DNA from: Trichosphaerium sp. ATCC 40318
Lineage: Eukaryota; Protista; Tubulinea
NCBI GenBank assembly: GCA_038496445.1
Contig: JALMLS010000255.1
Location: 186,001 to 250,000 of the forward strand
Direction of reading: 5' to 3'
DNA: 64,000 nucleotides
Shown: piece by piece, positions 1 through 11,721 of the stretch
Layout of the letters: every line of letters begins with the position of its first letter
Numbering within the stretch: position 1 is the stretch's first letter
Made by a program: the position numbers and the translations under genes
Notes under the pieces: model-generated
Database searches by the model: none
Told to the model about the DNA's origin: nothing
What the model saw: only the letters and a program-made list of their open reading frames with translations

Positions 1-1312
1 GGTGTACAGTCTTTCGTCCCTGTCCAAAAAAATTGAGAATTTAACCCATTTTCATAGCCATGTGAAGTGACAACACTCTTCACCTGGATCACAAAAATAA
101 GAACAAAAAAAAATTATCCACAAAAAAAAAAAAAAAAAAGAGCTTGCCTTTTCTCTGTGTTCCTTCGCAACATATAAGAACGCTGCAGAGTTACAAGCAT
201 AAAGCCATTTATCTTTGAACAGATTATCAGCATCTTAAAAAATCAAATCATATTTCACGTGCGTAAATTAGAAGTGTAAAAGTCAGGTTTGAGTGCCTTC
301 ATGTCCAACTCAATTTGACCAACTGCATGCGCACCATCTACAAGGACAAGGATACCACTAACACTTTCAAAAAAAGGCTGTACACAATATGTGGATGTAC
401 CGCTTGTGACACATGTCTATTATTTCCTCCACTGGGAATATAAAGCCAGCCGTGCTGTTGATGTGATCGACACATACAAGCTTAACTTCTTGCGATAGAC
501 CTGCCTCAATGCGCTCCAATATCTACGATAACATACATTAGCATCATCACTTTTTTGGTATCATCAATTCATTGTACGCTATCGGAATCACAAGGTAAGT
601 CTATGATGACTTTAACAAGTTCAACACCATCTACATCTCGCCTGTATTTGCACGTGTTGTTTATAGCACCTTGAAGACAAATTAAAGGATTTGTATGGCT
701 ACCTCTCTTACCATATCCAACGCTCAAGTACAGTATCTTTTCTCCTTTTTTGAAAGGCAAAGATTTGATTACTGCGTTGCATCCTGTTGTGGCGTTTTCA
801 ACAAATACAATATCATCCACATCAGCGTCTTTATGAAAAACACGTGTTAAAACTTTCTAGAGATACCACAAACACGTGACGTACTGACAAATGCAGCAAC
901 CTTTTTAAGAGCGTACAACATGAAATAAGGCATCTTATCACAAATAAACCTGACTGGTTGCAAGTCCTAAAGTTCTGGTTTACTTTTAACTCACTCCATG
1001 AAGTCAAATTGTCATACAACTTGCTCAAGCCATTGTTGTCGTGCGTAGGTAACGACCTTAGGTCTTGAGCCAAAACATCCATTATCTAGCATCTTTATTA
1101 GCACGTGGTTCATCTTCGAACGTCGTTTTTTGTCAAAAAACTTTTCGCGTGCCTAAGTATATAAAGGATTGATCTAACGCAAAGTTTTTACGCATTGGAC
1201 GTCCTAAATCTGCTTTGATGAATTTATCGCTACAAAACGTTGGAAAAAGCCAACTAGGCTCCTCATCAATGTCTTTAGTTAATTTCCAATCTTCTACAAT
1301 ATAATCTAGCAT
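1..1312 (-). CDS. PLP-dependent class V aminotransferase-fold enzyme (L-cysteine desulfhydrase / isopenicillin N epimerase / Egt2-like); 3' end runs off the window
   Basis: Spliced translation from ATG 1312: MLDYIVEDW...FALDQSFIYL-DNGCFGSRPKVV...QPVRF...ADVDDIVFVENATTGCNAV...DHINS...[30 protein letters not shown]. It has the DGAH motif and the PLP-lysine motif (HKW). Multi-exon, with three GC-AG introns. Confidence 0.88.
213..262 (-). other. GC-AG intron splitting the His codon of the HKW PLP-lysine motif
   Basis: TTA C|gcacgt...ttcaaag|AT AAA TGG. The nearest GT donor gives an immediate stop. Confidence 0.85.
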
Positions 1313-1460
1313 TATTATTGCGAACTAAGGCCTAGGAAAGTCAAAAAGATCCACAACAAAAATAGTCAACTCTAGTATTTTCCATTCTTTTAATTCGACG
1401 AGTCATCAGTTCAGCGTAAAGTCAACGGCTCTAGACAATACAATTTAATAGACAACTAGC
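1313..1460. promoter_or_regulatory. Compact bidirectional promoter (class V enzyme / PARG)
   Basis: 148 bp between divergent ATGs; three AGTCAA (TTGACT) copies near 1339, 1364 and 1420. Confidence 0.55.
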
Positions 1461-2765
1461 ATGACAAGCGTATACAACTTTTTCGTTGACAATAGCGACA
1501 GGTACAACTTGTTATTTACAAAAACGGTTCTGACGCCACTATAGAGTACCTAAATCATTCTCAGCTTGGCGTCACCGTATCGTAGACCTATGGAAACAAA
1601 TTCCAAACGCTTATTCAAACTACCAAATACAAATGGAAACGTACGTTAAACTACGCCCTCAACTAAGCGACGTTATTTTTAACATTCAATGATTTAAAGG
1701 CTGGAAGCTCTGAATCGCGACGGATACAGCCTAAACGGAACATGGGTAGAACTAGAAACAACTTTGGATGATTTCACAGCTGTTACAAAGAATGTCGCTC
1801 CACAAGGTCAGAAGACAACCTAATCTTTCCGAAAATATACTCACTGCATTCTTTAGATGATATTAAGGACTGGAAAGTGTATAAAGGAGAGCACGAAACA
1901 GTTTGTCAAGTAAAAAACGATGATTGTATTCTTGCCACGTTGTCACTTTTGGATGACGGATTTAACCCTGTCATGTTGAATATGGCCAACCCTTTTCATC
2001 CTGGAGGAAGCTATAAGCGTGGTGCATCAGCACAAGAGGAAAATATATTTCGAAGAACAAACCTTGCCGATTTAATCGACTCAACAAGAGGTACTAAAAA
2101 ATTTTGTTTGTAAATAAAAAATCTGTTCAGGAAGTCATGGTTGACTTTGTATTAATCTCTTTCTAGGTAAACAGAGACTACTACATCCAATTAATAGAGG
2201 AGAAGCTATCTACTGCCCAAGAGTCCAAGTTTTCAGAGGTACAAGCTCAGAGCAATACGCATTGTTTCCAAAACCTCGGTACGACGTCAAAAAAAAAATT
2301 GTTGGTTCAAAAACACGTGATATTTATATTTTTTCTTAGAACCATCGCAATCATGTGTTCTGCAGCTGTCCGAGATCCAAAAACAGTTATCGATGAAAAT
2401 GGAAATAGGCATCTAAATGAAAGGGATTCCTTAAACACAAAGAGAATCATCTATGCACAGTTCGAAACAGCTATGAAAAATGGACATGATACATTTGTTT
2501 CTGGTAAACCAACCATTTTTTCAACTTTTTTTGTGTTTTTTCCAACAACTCTTTGACTGGTTTTCCAAAATTAGGTGCTTTTGGTTGTGGTGGGTTTAAT
2601 AATCCTCCTGAGGATATAGCAAATACGTATCGGTTTATACAAGAGACATTCTTTTCAGGTGTTTTCAAGAAGATAGTGTTCCCGATTGTTTCTTCCTATA
2701 ACGAGAACGCACAGTCACCCAACTTTATGGCATTTGATAAATGTCTTGCACCCCAACAAGCTTGA
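1461..2765 (+). CDS. Microbial-type poly(ADP-ribose) glycohydrolase, TIGR02452/DUF2263 macrodomain family
   Basis: Motifs MLNMANPFHPGGSYKRGASAQEENIFRRT, SAAVRDP and GAFGCGGFNNPP span several GT-AG exons. ATG 1461, TGA ends 2765. Confidence 0.85.
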
Positions 2766-2943
2766 ATCATTTTCTATAAAATCATCAAGGTTAGCCGGCT
2801 GTCAACGGTTAAAAAAATGTAAAATAAAAGAATTTATAAAATGGGTTTAACGAGTTACTTTCCACGTGGAGGCTTCGAACCAAAGATAAATATCAAAAAG
2901 ATTTATTGAGGAATGTTAATAGGCTGTAAATGTAGGTATTCTA

Positions 2944-4311
2944 TCAAAGTTTAAAAGAACCCTCCCATACACTTGCACATGGATTTGGCGTGCCATAATA
3001 TCCATTGACGTAAGGCTCCTCTGCCTCCCTAAAACAGCCATCTTCTATTTCTATAAACGAAGTGCAAAAGCCATCAAACACACCAAGAGTCAATCCTTCA
3101 AAGTCTTTAAATATGGTTCCAAAAGTAGCTAACTGAGACTTGTGTATTCTAATGTAGTATGCTTTATGACACAAGAATCTGATAGCTTCTGTTGTAGCAT
3201 TCTTTACCAGTGAGATATCAATAGATTCTATTCTTGTAAAAGAACACAAGACATCGTTATTTACAGCATGTGAACATGACCGCAAGTCAATGTGTTTCAC
3301 ATCTGAAACTGCATAAAGTCCTACTTCAGTGACTTGAGACATATAGCAGTTTAACTGTAAGTTCTGCACCCCAGCAAGTTCCTTCAAAATACTATCTGTG
3401 ATAGATAGACAATTTGTATAGAATGACACTATACCCTTTAACGCCCTAAACCCAACCTCTGTTATATGTGGTGTATGGCTGTTAAACAACATCAAACGTT
3501 TAACACCAGATAGATGCATCATTCCTTTGTTTGTTAACTTCTCTGGATTGAACATTAGAACCTTGACTCCAGAAAGAAATGATAGCATATCATCAGGAAT
3601 AAAGAAATGATTAACTAGCATTGATACACTGTGAACTCCAGTTATGTGTTGTAAACACTTTTTTTCGAAAAAGCAGCCATCAGCAGAAATTGTATGAACA
3701 CCTGCAAGAGCTTTGAATGCTTCATGTGTTATATCAGTATCATTAAGCAAGATTGTATGAACACCTGATAGTGCATGAACTCCTTCATCTGTTACACGGG
3801 TACCTGATAGATCTATAGAATGAACACCAGCCAGTGATATTACCCCTTTATCAGTAATATTCCTGCAATCTGATATGTCTATTGTGTGAACACCTGATAG
3901 ATTTTTGAGGTCATTGTCATTTATCTTTGTATGAGATAAATCTATTTTGTGGATATTTCTAAGAGCACTGATACCAAATGATGTCACATTACATCGCCGA
4001 AGCAAAACCTCTGTTGCAGCTCCACAATGTTGTAGCAAGTCATTGATTTTTTGTTCCCCTGCTTCAAAAACCAGGCGACTTGTTGAGATGATGACTGGAT
4101 ACTTTATGATTGCTTCAATGTTTTCAGTTGTTGGATAGATGCGTTTGTATCCGTTTCTGTTGTAGATAATATTCTTGAAGGTTTTACAAGTAACAGAAAC
4201 AGCACAACGTGATGTATCATGGAGAAATGAGAATATTATAAACCAGACGTCATGTATAACTTGGTTAACACCTTCAAGCCTTAGCTCTTTGTAAGGCGCT
4301 CTCTTAAACAT
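2944..4311 (-). CDS. F-box / leucine-rich repeat protein, single exon
   Basis: 455-aa uninterrupted ORF. F-box-like IHDVWFIIFSFL...VSVTCKTF is followed by 23-24 aa repeats of the type L(S/A)GVH(T/S)IDLS...ITD.G. Confidence 0.88.
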   Translation of the reverse strand: MFKRAPYKELRLEGVNQVIHDVWFIIFSFLHDTSRCAVSVTCKTFKNIIYNRNGYKRIYPTTENIEAIIKYPVIISTSRLVFEAGEQKINDLLQHCGAATEVLLRRCNVTSFGISALRNIHKIDLSHTKINDNDLKNLSGVHTIDISDCRNITDKGVISLAGVHSIDLSGTRVTDEGVHALSGVHTILLNDTDITHEAFKALAGVHTISADGCFFEKKCLQHITGVHSVSMLVNHFFIPDDMLSFLSGVKVLMFNPEKLTNKGMMHLSGVKRLMLFNSHTPHITEVGFRALKGIVSFYTNCLSITDSILKELAGVQNLQLNCYMSQVTEVGLYAVSDVKHIDLRSCSHAVNNDVLCSFTRIESIDISLVKNATTEAIRFLCHKAYYIRIHKSQLATFGTIFKDFEGLTLGVFDGFCTSFIEIEDGCFREAEEPYVNGYYGTPNPCASVWEGSFKL

Positions 4312-4638
4312 GAATAGAAAGTGCGTTGCCTTTCACTGAAGAATTATTCCAGGGCTTATAATGGTCAAAGGTTTTCAGAAAAGGTAAGATTTTGCCGCAA
4401 AAACGTGATTAATTTAACCCACTAGTGATACATTGACAAAGCAAGAAGTCACCAACAGTAGGCAAGTTAATGCTGCCTCGTATTTTGTCATAATTACTTG
4501 TTTAAGCGTCCCAAAAGACCAGTTAAAATTGTCCAGTTGTCTATTAATAGAAAAAAAGATTGTGTTTACCGGCTATTGTACATTTATTGATTATTATCTT
4601 GTGTCTTTGTACATAATTGTTTACCACATAATAATCAT

Positions 4639-7600
4639 TCATTCATCAAAAGAGACATAAGTTTCAGGTACAAGCTTGAACACGGCACTATAAAAAAAGT
4701 AAGAATTCCACACATTCTAAGAAACCAAACGTACTCTCCGCCTTTTATATGTCCTTCCAGCCACCCATCTCCTCTATCTTTGTTTCTAACTTTTAATTTA
4801 TCACCTTTCTTTGCATTCAATTGTGTTTCGGCACTCCCTGTAAAATCGAATAGCATTGTGCCTGCGAACAGCGTCAAACAAAAACAACAACAAAACAAAA
4901 AAAAAACTCCTACCTGTCTTAAATGTCATGGCAGCTGCTGTCCTTGGTGTCGTCTCTTCAATCTCTGGCGCTGCTATAAAATCGACATAACCACTTGGTA
5001 CTAATCCAAGAGGCCCATCTTTAGTAGCTCTGGCTTCCATCCAACCATCATGTCGGTCCAAGTGTAAAAACAAAATAGCTCCTTTCTTGAAACTCAACTC
5101 ATTCTTAATCTCAGTATCAAAGTCGTATTTCGCCTTCAGCAACGTCTCTTGTTGGGGTTCAGGTTTTTTAGCTTCAGATTTTTTGCTTGGTTTGCTATGT
5201 CTACGCTTCTTGGGGCGTGTAGTTGTCGAAGCATCTTTCTTTTCGCCAGACTCTGATTTTTTCTTGTTGTCTTCCTTTTTCTTCGCTTTTGGATCACGTT
5301 TAGGTTTGTGTCGAGGTTTCATCGTTTTGTTAGCATCTTGCTTAGTATCCTTTGATACAGAACTCGATTTTGTAGCATCCTTTGAAGTCTTGGAGTTGGA
5401 TTTATTACTCTTTGACGGCTTGCTTGTGGAATCCTGTGAATTCTTTTTTAAAGACGAAGAATTTTCGCTTTTCTTTTGTTTTGTGTTCTTTGTTCGCTCA
5501 GTTTTTGTTGAAGAGCTACGACGCATATTTATAACCGTTGACTTTTTATCACGTGACGGTTCTCTTTTCTTTTCTGGGGTAGAGCTACGCGTTGCTCTCG
5601 GTGGACTCTTTGCCCTTGATGCTGGACGCGTTTTCTGAGGGCTCTTTGTTTTTGACACGTGACTGTCGTTTGCTTTGTCATCAGGCTCAGATTTCTAAAA
5701 AAAAGCAGTTTTTAGTATTTATCTAAGATAAAAACACGTACATTGTCTTCAAGTCGTTTAACATAGTTAGAAGGAATCAATCCAGTAGCACCATTAAGCT
5801 CAGCATGCCACCACTGACCCTTCATCTTTGTAACTTGAATAACATCTCCCTAACAACGTGTTATAAACAGCTCAAGCAATTGTAAAGTACTCAAAGAAGG
5901 TACCTCTTTGAAACCAAGATGAGTTGGTTTGACAGGCTTAAAGTGGAACATCCCAACTACTTTGAAAGGCTTGAAAATCGAATTCGAGTTTTCAGGCTCC
6001 TTCTTTGTAGAGGACTCTTTTTTAGCAGCTGTAGTTACTTTTACGCTACGCTTACTACCCTAAAAGAAAATAATAAGAAAAAGTTTGTCTGTGAGCAAAC
6101 AATCACGCACAGATCGCCTGGGTCCATCAGAACTCTGTTTAGGCTTTGACGTTGCTGATGAAGACTTACGGAGCTTCGATTCTGTCTTTGGTACGTCTAC
6201 AACAGGCTTTTTCTGTGCAGGCGCTGATGTATTCGCACCAGGCTCCTTAGCAAGTGCATTTTGTACTTGCTCCATCCAAGAAGAACTCGTCAAGTCCTAT
6301 CACTGGAATTAGATGTCATTTCACAAAAACAAAAAGTGACACATACAATCGTGTAACGGGCTGACTTTTTAGCAGCTTTTTGCTGTGCCAGCGACATGCC
6401 AGCCCGTTCATTATTCTCTCCTTTGTATTCAGTCTCTGGTGTATCAACAGGAGGAGCAACAGAAGATGAACGACTCTTTGGTTTTGGAGGAGGAATAGGA
6501 GGTAACGGTTTCTTTGATGTGATTGTCAGAGGAATACCATTATTATCAACTTTGATGGCATTCGGTGGCATTGACATTGGTCGCAATCTACCAAATTTTC
6601 GAGGCTGTGGTCGCTTTGGAGGAACCTTGAGAGACTAAGTCAAAAACAAAATAAAAAATATACTAAATAGGGATTGTACCTTCGTTGCAATTGATTGCCC
6701 TGCATCAACTTGGCTACGTTCATTTGATGAATCTTGTACTTTGAGCTGATCCAACTTGGGTCGTTGAACTGTAGGAGGTCTGCTTGGCTTCTTTGTAGTG
6801 GCAGCAGGTTCTGGTCGGCTAAATGACCTTGGTATTATTATTTTTTTTGGTTGTGGCGATGGCTCAGCAACAGCCACGACTGGCGCCGGATCCGCTACCA
6901 CAGCAGGAGGATTTGGTGGAGGTCGCTTCACAGGTGCTTTTTTGAGAGGTCTTTTGAAAGCTGCTTTCTTGCCTGGCCGTTTAAAGAATCCTCTCCCTTT
7001 CTTAGCTGCAAATTTTTTACCACCTGGAGGTCTAGGTAACGCAGAATAGCCTCTCTTAGCCAGTAATCCCAAACCCTTCTTACCTCCTTTTTTCGGTCTA
7101 AATACACGCTTCTTGCCTCCAAATTTCCTTGGTCCTGCACGCTTTACATTTGTGTTTGATTTGGGTACAAAACTGGTCCTAAAACAAGTGTCATAACAAC
7201 ATTGCGAAAAACTGAAAATAATTTTTGACAAAATAGCAACACTGAACTCTGACGGGCTCTTACGTTTTAGGAGGCCATGCTCTTGCTACATTAGGACGCT
7301 TCGGAGGAGGTCTGGCTGCTTTGAATCCATAATCACGACCTAGAATTGTTTTAAAAGGAAAAATGCTACAAATCAACTGTACCTTTTGGTGCGCTGTTTA
7401 CACGCGGTGTTGGTCTACTTGGCGTAGCGATTTTTGGCTTTGGTGGTTGCACAACAGGTGACGGTTCGCTTTGGTAAAATAATTCTTCGGTTGGTGATAC
7501 AGGAGGTTCCACATTATGGTTTACGGCGTTTGGAGTATTGAGAGATGATTTATTGTTTAGTTTGTTGAGGAACGGATTAGTTGGTGAAATAGGCACCGCA

Positions 7601-7709
7601 GTGTCGCTACCAGGCGAAATTGGCTTGTTATGTCTATTAAAATTGTAAAACAAATAAAACTTATTATAGAAACGCGCCTATTAATTGGTGGCGGTGCTCC
7701 AGCTCTCAT
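4639..7709 (-). CDS. Proline/lysine-rich adaptor with three C-terminal SH3 domains
   Basis: ATG 7709 MRAGAPPPINR-HNKP, then long PxxP-rich low-complexity exons. SH3 domains: LGFKE-GDVIQVTKMKGQWWHAELNGATGLIPSNYV; AKYDFDTEIKNELSFKKG...GWM...GLVPSGYV; LFDFTGSAETQLNAKKGD...GWLEG...LVPETYV. TGA at 4641-4639. Confidence 0.82.
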
Positions 7710-7817
7710 AGTATTCGTTGTTTGTTGAATACGCTTACGCGATACACATTACACTCACAGTTTACTGTAACCCTATCCTCAACGTTACAAAAGGAGGAAT
7801 TATTGCAGTGTACAACT

Positions 7818-10649
7818 CTAAATGAAGCTAGTAACCTTAACAAACCTAAGGGAGAGAATTGCAGTTCACGTTTTTTTTTATTATTTTCAGTTCAGAATCT
7901 GCCAACAAAATCGACGTCACTGTTCCAATCACACAAACCACAAAAACAAAGAAAAAAAAAAAAGGGGACAAGCCGACAAAGCCGCATTTTCTCAATAAAA
8001 TGCATACCAATTGCCCCGCCGCTTTGATAGCAGTTCTAATGCGCTAATAGTATTTCCAGTGCGTAAATACAAGTAAATCTGTAGCAAAACGCCTCCCGAA
8101 AAATTACCATTAATTTGCAAACAAGAATCTATACAACGCTGTGCCGCTTTAAAGTCGCTCTACAAAAAAAAATACAGTATTAACAACTATGAGTTAACAG
8201 TGGTGTATAATTTTTGTGAAAAACAAAATGTCAGAAATCAAAAAAGAAAGAGAGAAGAAAAAAATGAAAAATGTGTACCTTCAAAATATATACAGAGGCC
8301 AAGTTAGCCATCAATGTAGCCTTACCAACCGCTGCAAATGGTACTGATGTTACTTTGGTAGCAGAGGCAATTTCATTATTCCCTAGGCAGCAGAACGTGA
8401 GTCGAATGCCAATAAAATTTGCTTTTTTTTTGAAAAACATACCTGGTCTTGAAGTGCTCTCCTTAATCAATGATTCCAAGCACTTTGAAGCCCTTGAAAG
8501 CTTACCCATCAAGCAAAGTGCTTCAGCACCATAAACATTAATCAAGTAATGATATTTCTTATACTGTTTATCACCAGCTTTGAAAGGCGTCTTAGGAAAA
8601 TGGTTGTAGTAGAACAATGCCTCAGTAGGATCAGAAGCCTCCAAAGCAAGCCACGCCAAATACACACAAGCATGTGTTCTATAAACTAGTTAAGAAAAAA
8701 GCAAAACAGTGGGAAGAGCAGGTATACCTGATAGACATAAGGTGCCTTCTAAATGAATCAGATATTTTGTTGTGATTACTTCGGGAACCGTTTGTGCTCT
8801 TCCTTGCCTGTCCAGAGCTATGTGACGATCCATTTTCACGCTTTTTAGAGTGATTCGTAGTGGTCCAAGGACCATCGTTCTCAGTTGCTGTAGCAAGAGC
8901 AAGGGCATTTCTCATGTAAGTTATTGCACGTTGAAGTGTTGCACGCTGAGCTTTTGATTCTTCATCATCGCCACGTGATACACGGCGAGACATGTTTGAC
9001 AGATGAATCATACCACCTGTCCCCAGTTGAGTTGAAGCCGCTAATAACTGGTTTACAGGTATCTTTCTAACAGCACGCTTCGCTTTTTCGCCTTTTTTCT
9101 TCTGCAAACCACGTGTTACAATTTAACAAAAAAAACAAAAAAAGACTTTCCAGTCTGATTTTTACATACCTTAACACTGAACCTGTACAGGGCTTGTTCC
9201 ACTTCTCCCATACGCAACCATAACAATGGATCATTATAGTAATAGGGCAGGGCCTTTTGAAAGCAAGAAAAAGCTATTGTTGGCTTTCCAGAGAAGAGCA
9301 AATACAACCCAAAATTATAACATAATTGTGGTGATTTATCATCCAATAATCGCCTTATTGTTTGTTCTAAATAAACAATGTAAATATCGCACCTCACTTA
9401 ACATATTTTCAAAAAAAAAACAATTACCTTCAACAACATTATCCTTGTTAGTATCAAGTGCTTTACTCAAGTAGAACCCAGCAGCATGAAATTTATTCAT
9501 GCAAAAATGTACTGACGCCAAATCATTGTAGTACGCCGTCTGAGACGCATCTGGAACTTGTCCTGCAGATGTCAAAAGTTTTAACGCCTATCATGGGTGG
9601 TTAGTTATAGTTTTTTTTTTTAAACATGTTTTAAGCAAGCTTGACGCACTTCTTTATTTTTGCCTTTGTACAACGATAATTTCGCTGACATTATGGATTG
9701 ACAACTATTCTTGGCTTGATTGGCATCTTCATCACTATCTGTAGCGATTGACCATTCACGCATAGCAGCCTACGTCGCAATATGATGACGTGGTATTTTT
9801 TTAATTTGAATAAAAAAAAATTTCTGAAGAAAGCAAAAACAATATGCACTCACGTTTAGCTTCAATTCGTCCATAGCGACTCTCGCTTTTATAGAGGATA
9901 ACCACCCCTTTATAGATGAAGTAGAGGGTAGAGGTATTAATGCATCTAAATGCACAAGTGAGTATGACGCGAGTAAATAAACCCAATTTGGGTTCTAGTC
10001 TAAAAAGCGCCGAAAAAAGAAAAAGTGTTCATAATTACCAGCCCACGCGCCAGTGTAACCAACAAAAGCTTTCAAAGCGGTTTGCGATACGTACCTGCCC
10101 CTTGAGAATTCTTGTCTGCTTTATTGACTAAAAAATGTTTCTCAACGTAATCAGCTACCTGTTGAATCTCCTGCGATGTAGTTTAGGCCGGTGTGACTAT
10201 TACTTTCTCAAAAAGAAGGTAAATACCTTATTGGCGCCGTTAGGTACTCTCGTTTCTACTAGTGTCTCCAAGAGAAGCAAACACACTCTTATAGCAAGAT
10301 AATCTTCCATTGATGATGCCCCAAGAAATAGTTGCCATAAGATCGCTTTGCTTGCCGCAAATTGCTTTTTGTGATACAATATAACGGCTTTGTTGTAATT
10401 TGCATGCCAAAAAGTTGACTTATGACTATTGCTTGCTTCAACCTTGCCTCCGTCAAGTATTTTATCGAGAGAATGGAGTAAGTCGTCTGCTGCATCGACT
10501 GTTTGATTTTTAGCATAAAAATCGGCAACGAGGTGGTTATGTTGCTGGCTTGCTCCTAGTTTGTCTTGCAGCGAAGAACGAGCTTCTTTGTATTTTCCTG
10601 CAGCGAAATTTGTAGTTGCTTCCACGCTCTTGTCTGTGGGGTAAGCCAT
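7818..10649 (-). CDS. CNOT10: CCR4-NOT complex subunit 10 (TPR protein)
   Basis: YNKAVILYH, YYNDLASVHF, LCYNFGLYLLFSGKPTIAFSCF...PLLWLRMGE, YLAWLALEASDP..AL, YGAEALCLMG and C-terminal LLQIYLYLRTGN match CNOT10 blocks. The last exon is uncertain (alternative stop near 7993). Confidence 0.85.
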
Positions 10650-10849
10650 CGTCTACATGCGCTTTCACAAAAAAACCTTGAGTTGAATTTACTAGACCAT
10701 TTCATGTGTTGTTTTACAGTACTAGCCCATTAGCGTATGCACCTGGCTGCTACGCCAATTGCTTGTCTTATTTTAGTGCGTGTCGACTTGTACCGTTACT
10801 AGTAAGTTATCGCACACGTTGGTGTAATCGCAATAACAGGTGTTATTTG

Positions 10850-11632
10850 ATGGGGGACGCGTCAGAGGGTCTGTTAAAGTACTGTAATGCGGCGCTTACG
10901 TTGGCAGCCGATGAATATTCAGCAACAAACCAAGAGCTGAGCGACAATAGCGTAAGTACACCGTTCTGGCTAACTTACATAATTTTGTACGATAGGACTG
11001 CATTGAAATGGTATTTGATGCCTTGGAACGCTGCTTGTCGTTTCAACTAAAGGGTAACAACCAAACGTTAGTACATTATTTACATTTTCTGTTAGAAAAA
11101 TTATTCGGGCGAGTCACTTACTGGCATGTATTTGAGGCACTATCAGAAAAGCTCTCTTGGATCAGAGAGCATGTTGAATGGATAAAAAAGGATATTCCAC
11201 AGGCAGATGCAAGAGGCACAGTAGCTTTCTTAAAACCCTTTCTAATGCCTCAAAAGGTCGCGCTTTCTTACGTTATGCGTTGAACCAGCGCGTTTTAGGT
11301 GACGTATGCAGGGCATTGCACAAGAACAAACCAATGTTGTTTGACTACTACAACAAGGTACCTAAGCCTCCATTGCAAACTCTCACATACCACGTTAGCA
11401 TGCTGTCCTTTACCCTGAAGATACAGCCTTGATGTTCTTTCAGATGCTGAACACGCTAAAAAACATTCCATTTAGCTTGAGTTTAAACAGAATGGATCAT
11501 GACGTTAATGTACCACAACATCAACGTAAAAGGTTTACAAAGCACCCTAAGACAGCAACAAGGAGTAAAACAAAGGGTAGACGCATGGCAAAAATAGAGG
11601 AACGTGTCACAGTAGTGCCAAAAAAAGTGTAA
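10850..11632 (+). CDS. RUN-domain protein
   Basis: VFDALERCLSFQLK...YWHVFE...DAR-GRAFLRYALNQRVL...LFDYY...MLNTLKNIPFSL match the RUN blocks. It may instead be spliced to the next gene (see findings). Confidence 0.8.
11216..11256 (+). other. GC-AG intron within the RUN motif
   Basis: AGA G|gcacag...caaaag|GT CGC GCT TTC restores ARGRAFLRYAL. The GT donor 5 nt downstream leads to a stop. Confidence 0.85.
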
Positions 11633-11721
11633 ATGTAAAACATATTTCAGTGAACAGTCAACGTGTTTATTTTACGATTTCGAAAAAATAATAACAAAAC
11701 CCCAGCAAAACTAGAAACTCA

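Noticed and set aside
5087-7049. Plus-strand ORFs 5087-5638, 6396-6638, 6798-7049 and similar antisense ORFs elsewhere (14356-14571, 36291-36578, 41148-41438, 50187-50657)
   Set aside because: Shadows of real exons on the opposite strand, often low-complexity K/S/P-rich.
7634-7677. Active Introner family (TTAATAG duplicated at both junctions of a GC intron)
   Set aside because: This is a single case. The GC introns share no internal sequence similarity by eye, and the other junction repeats are just AG|G.
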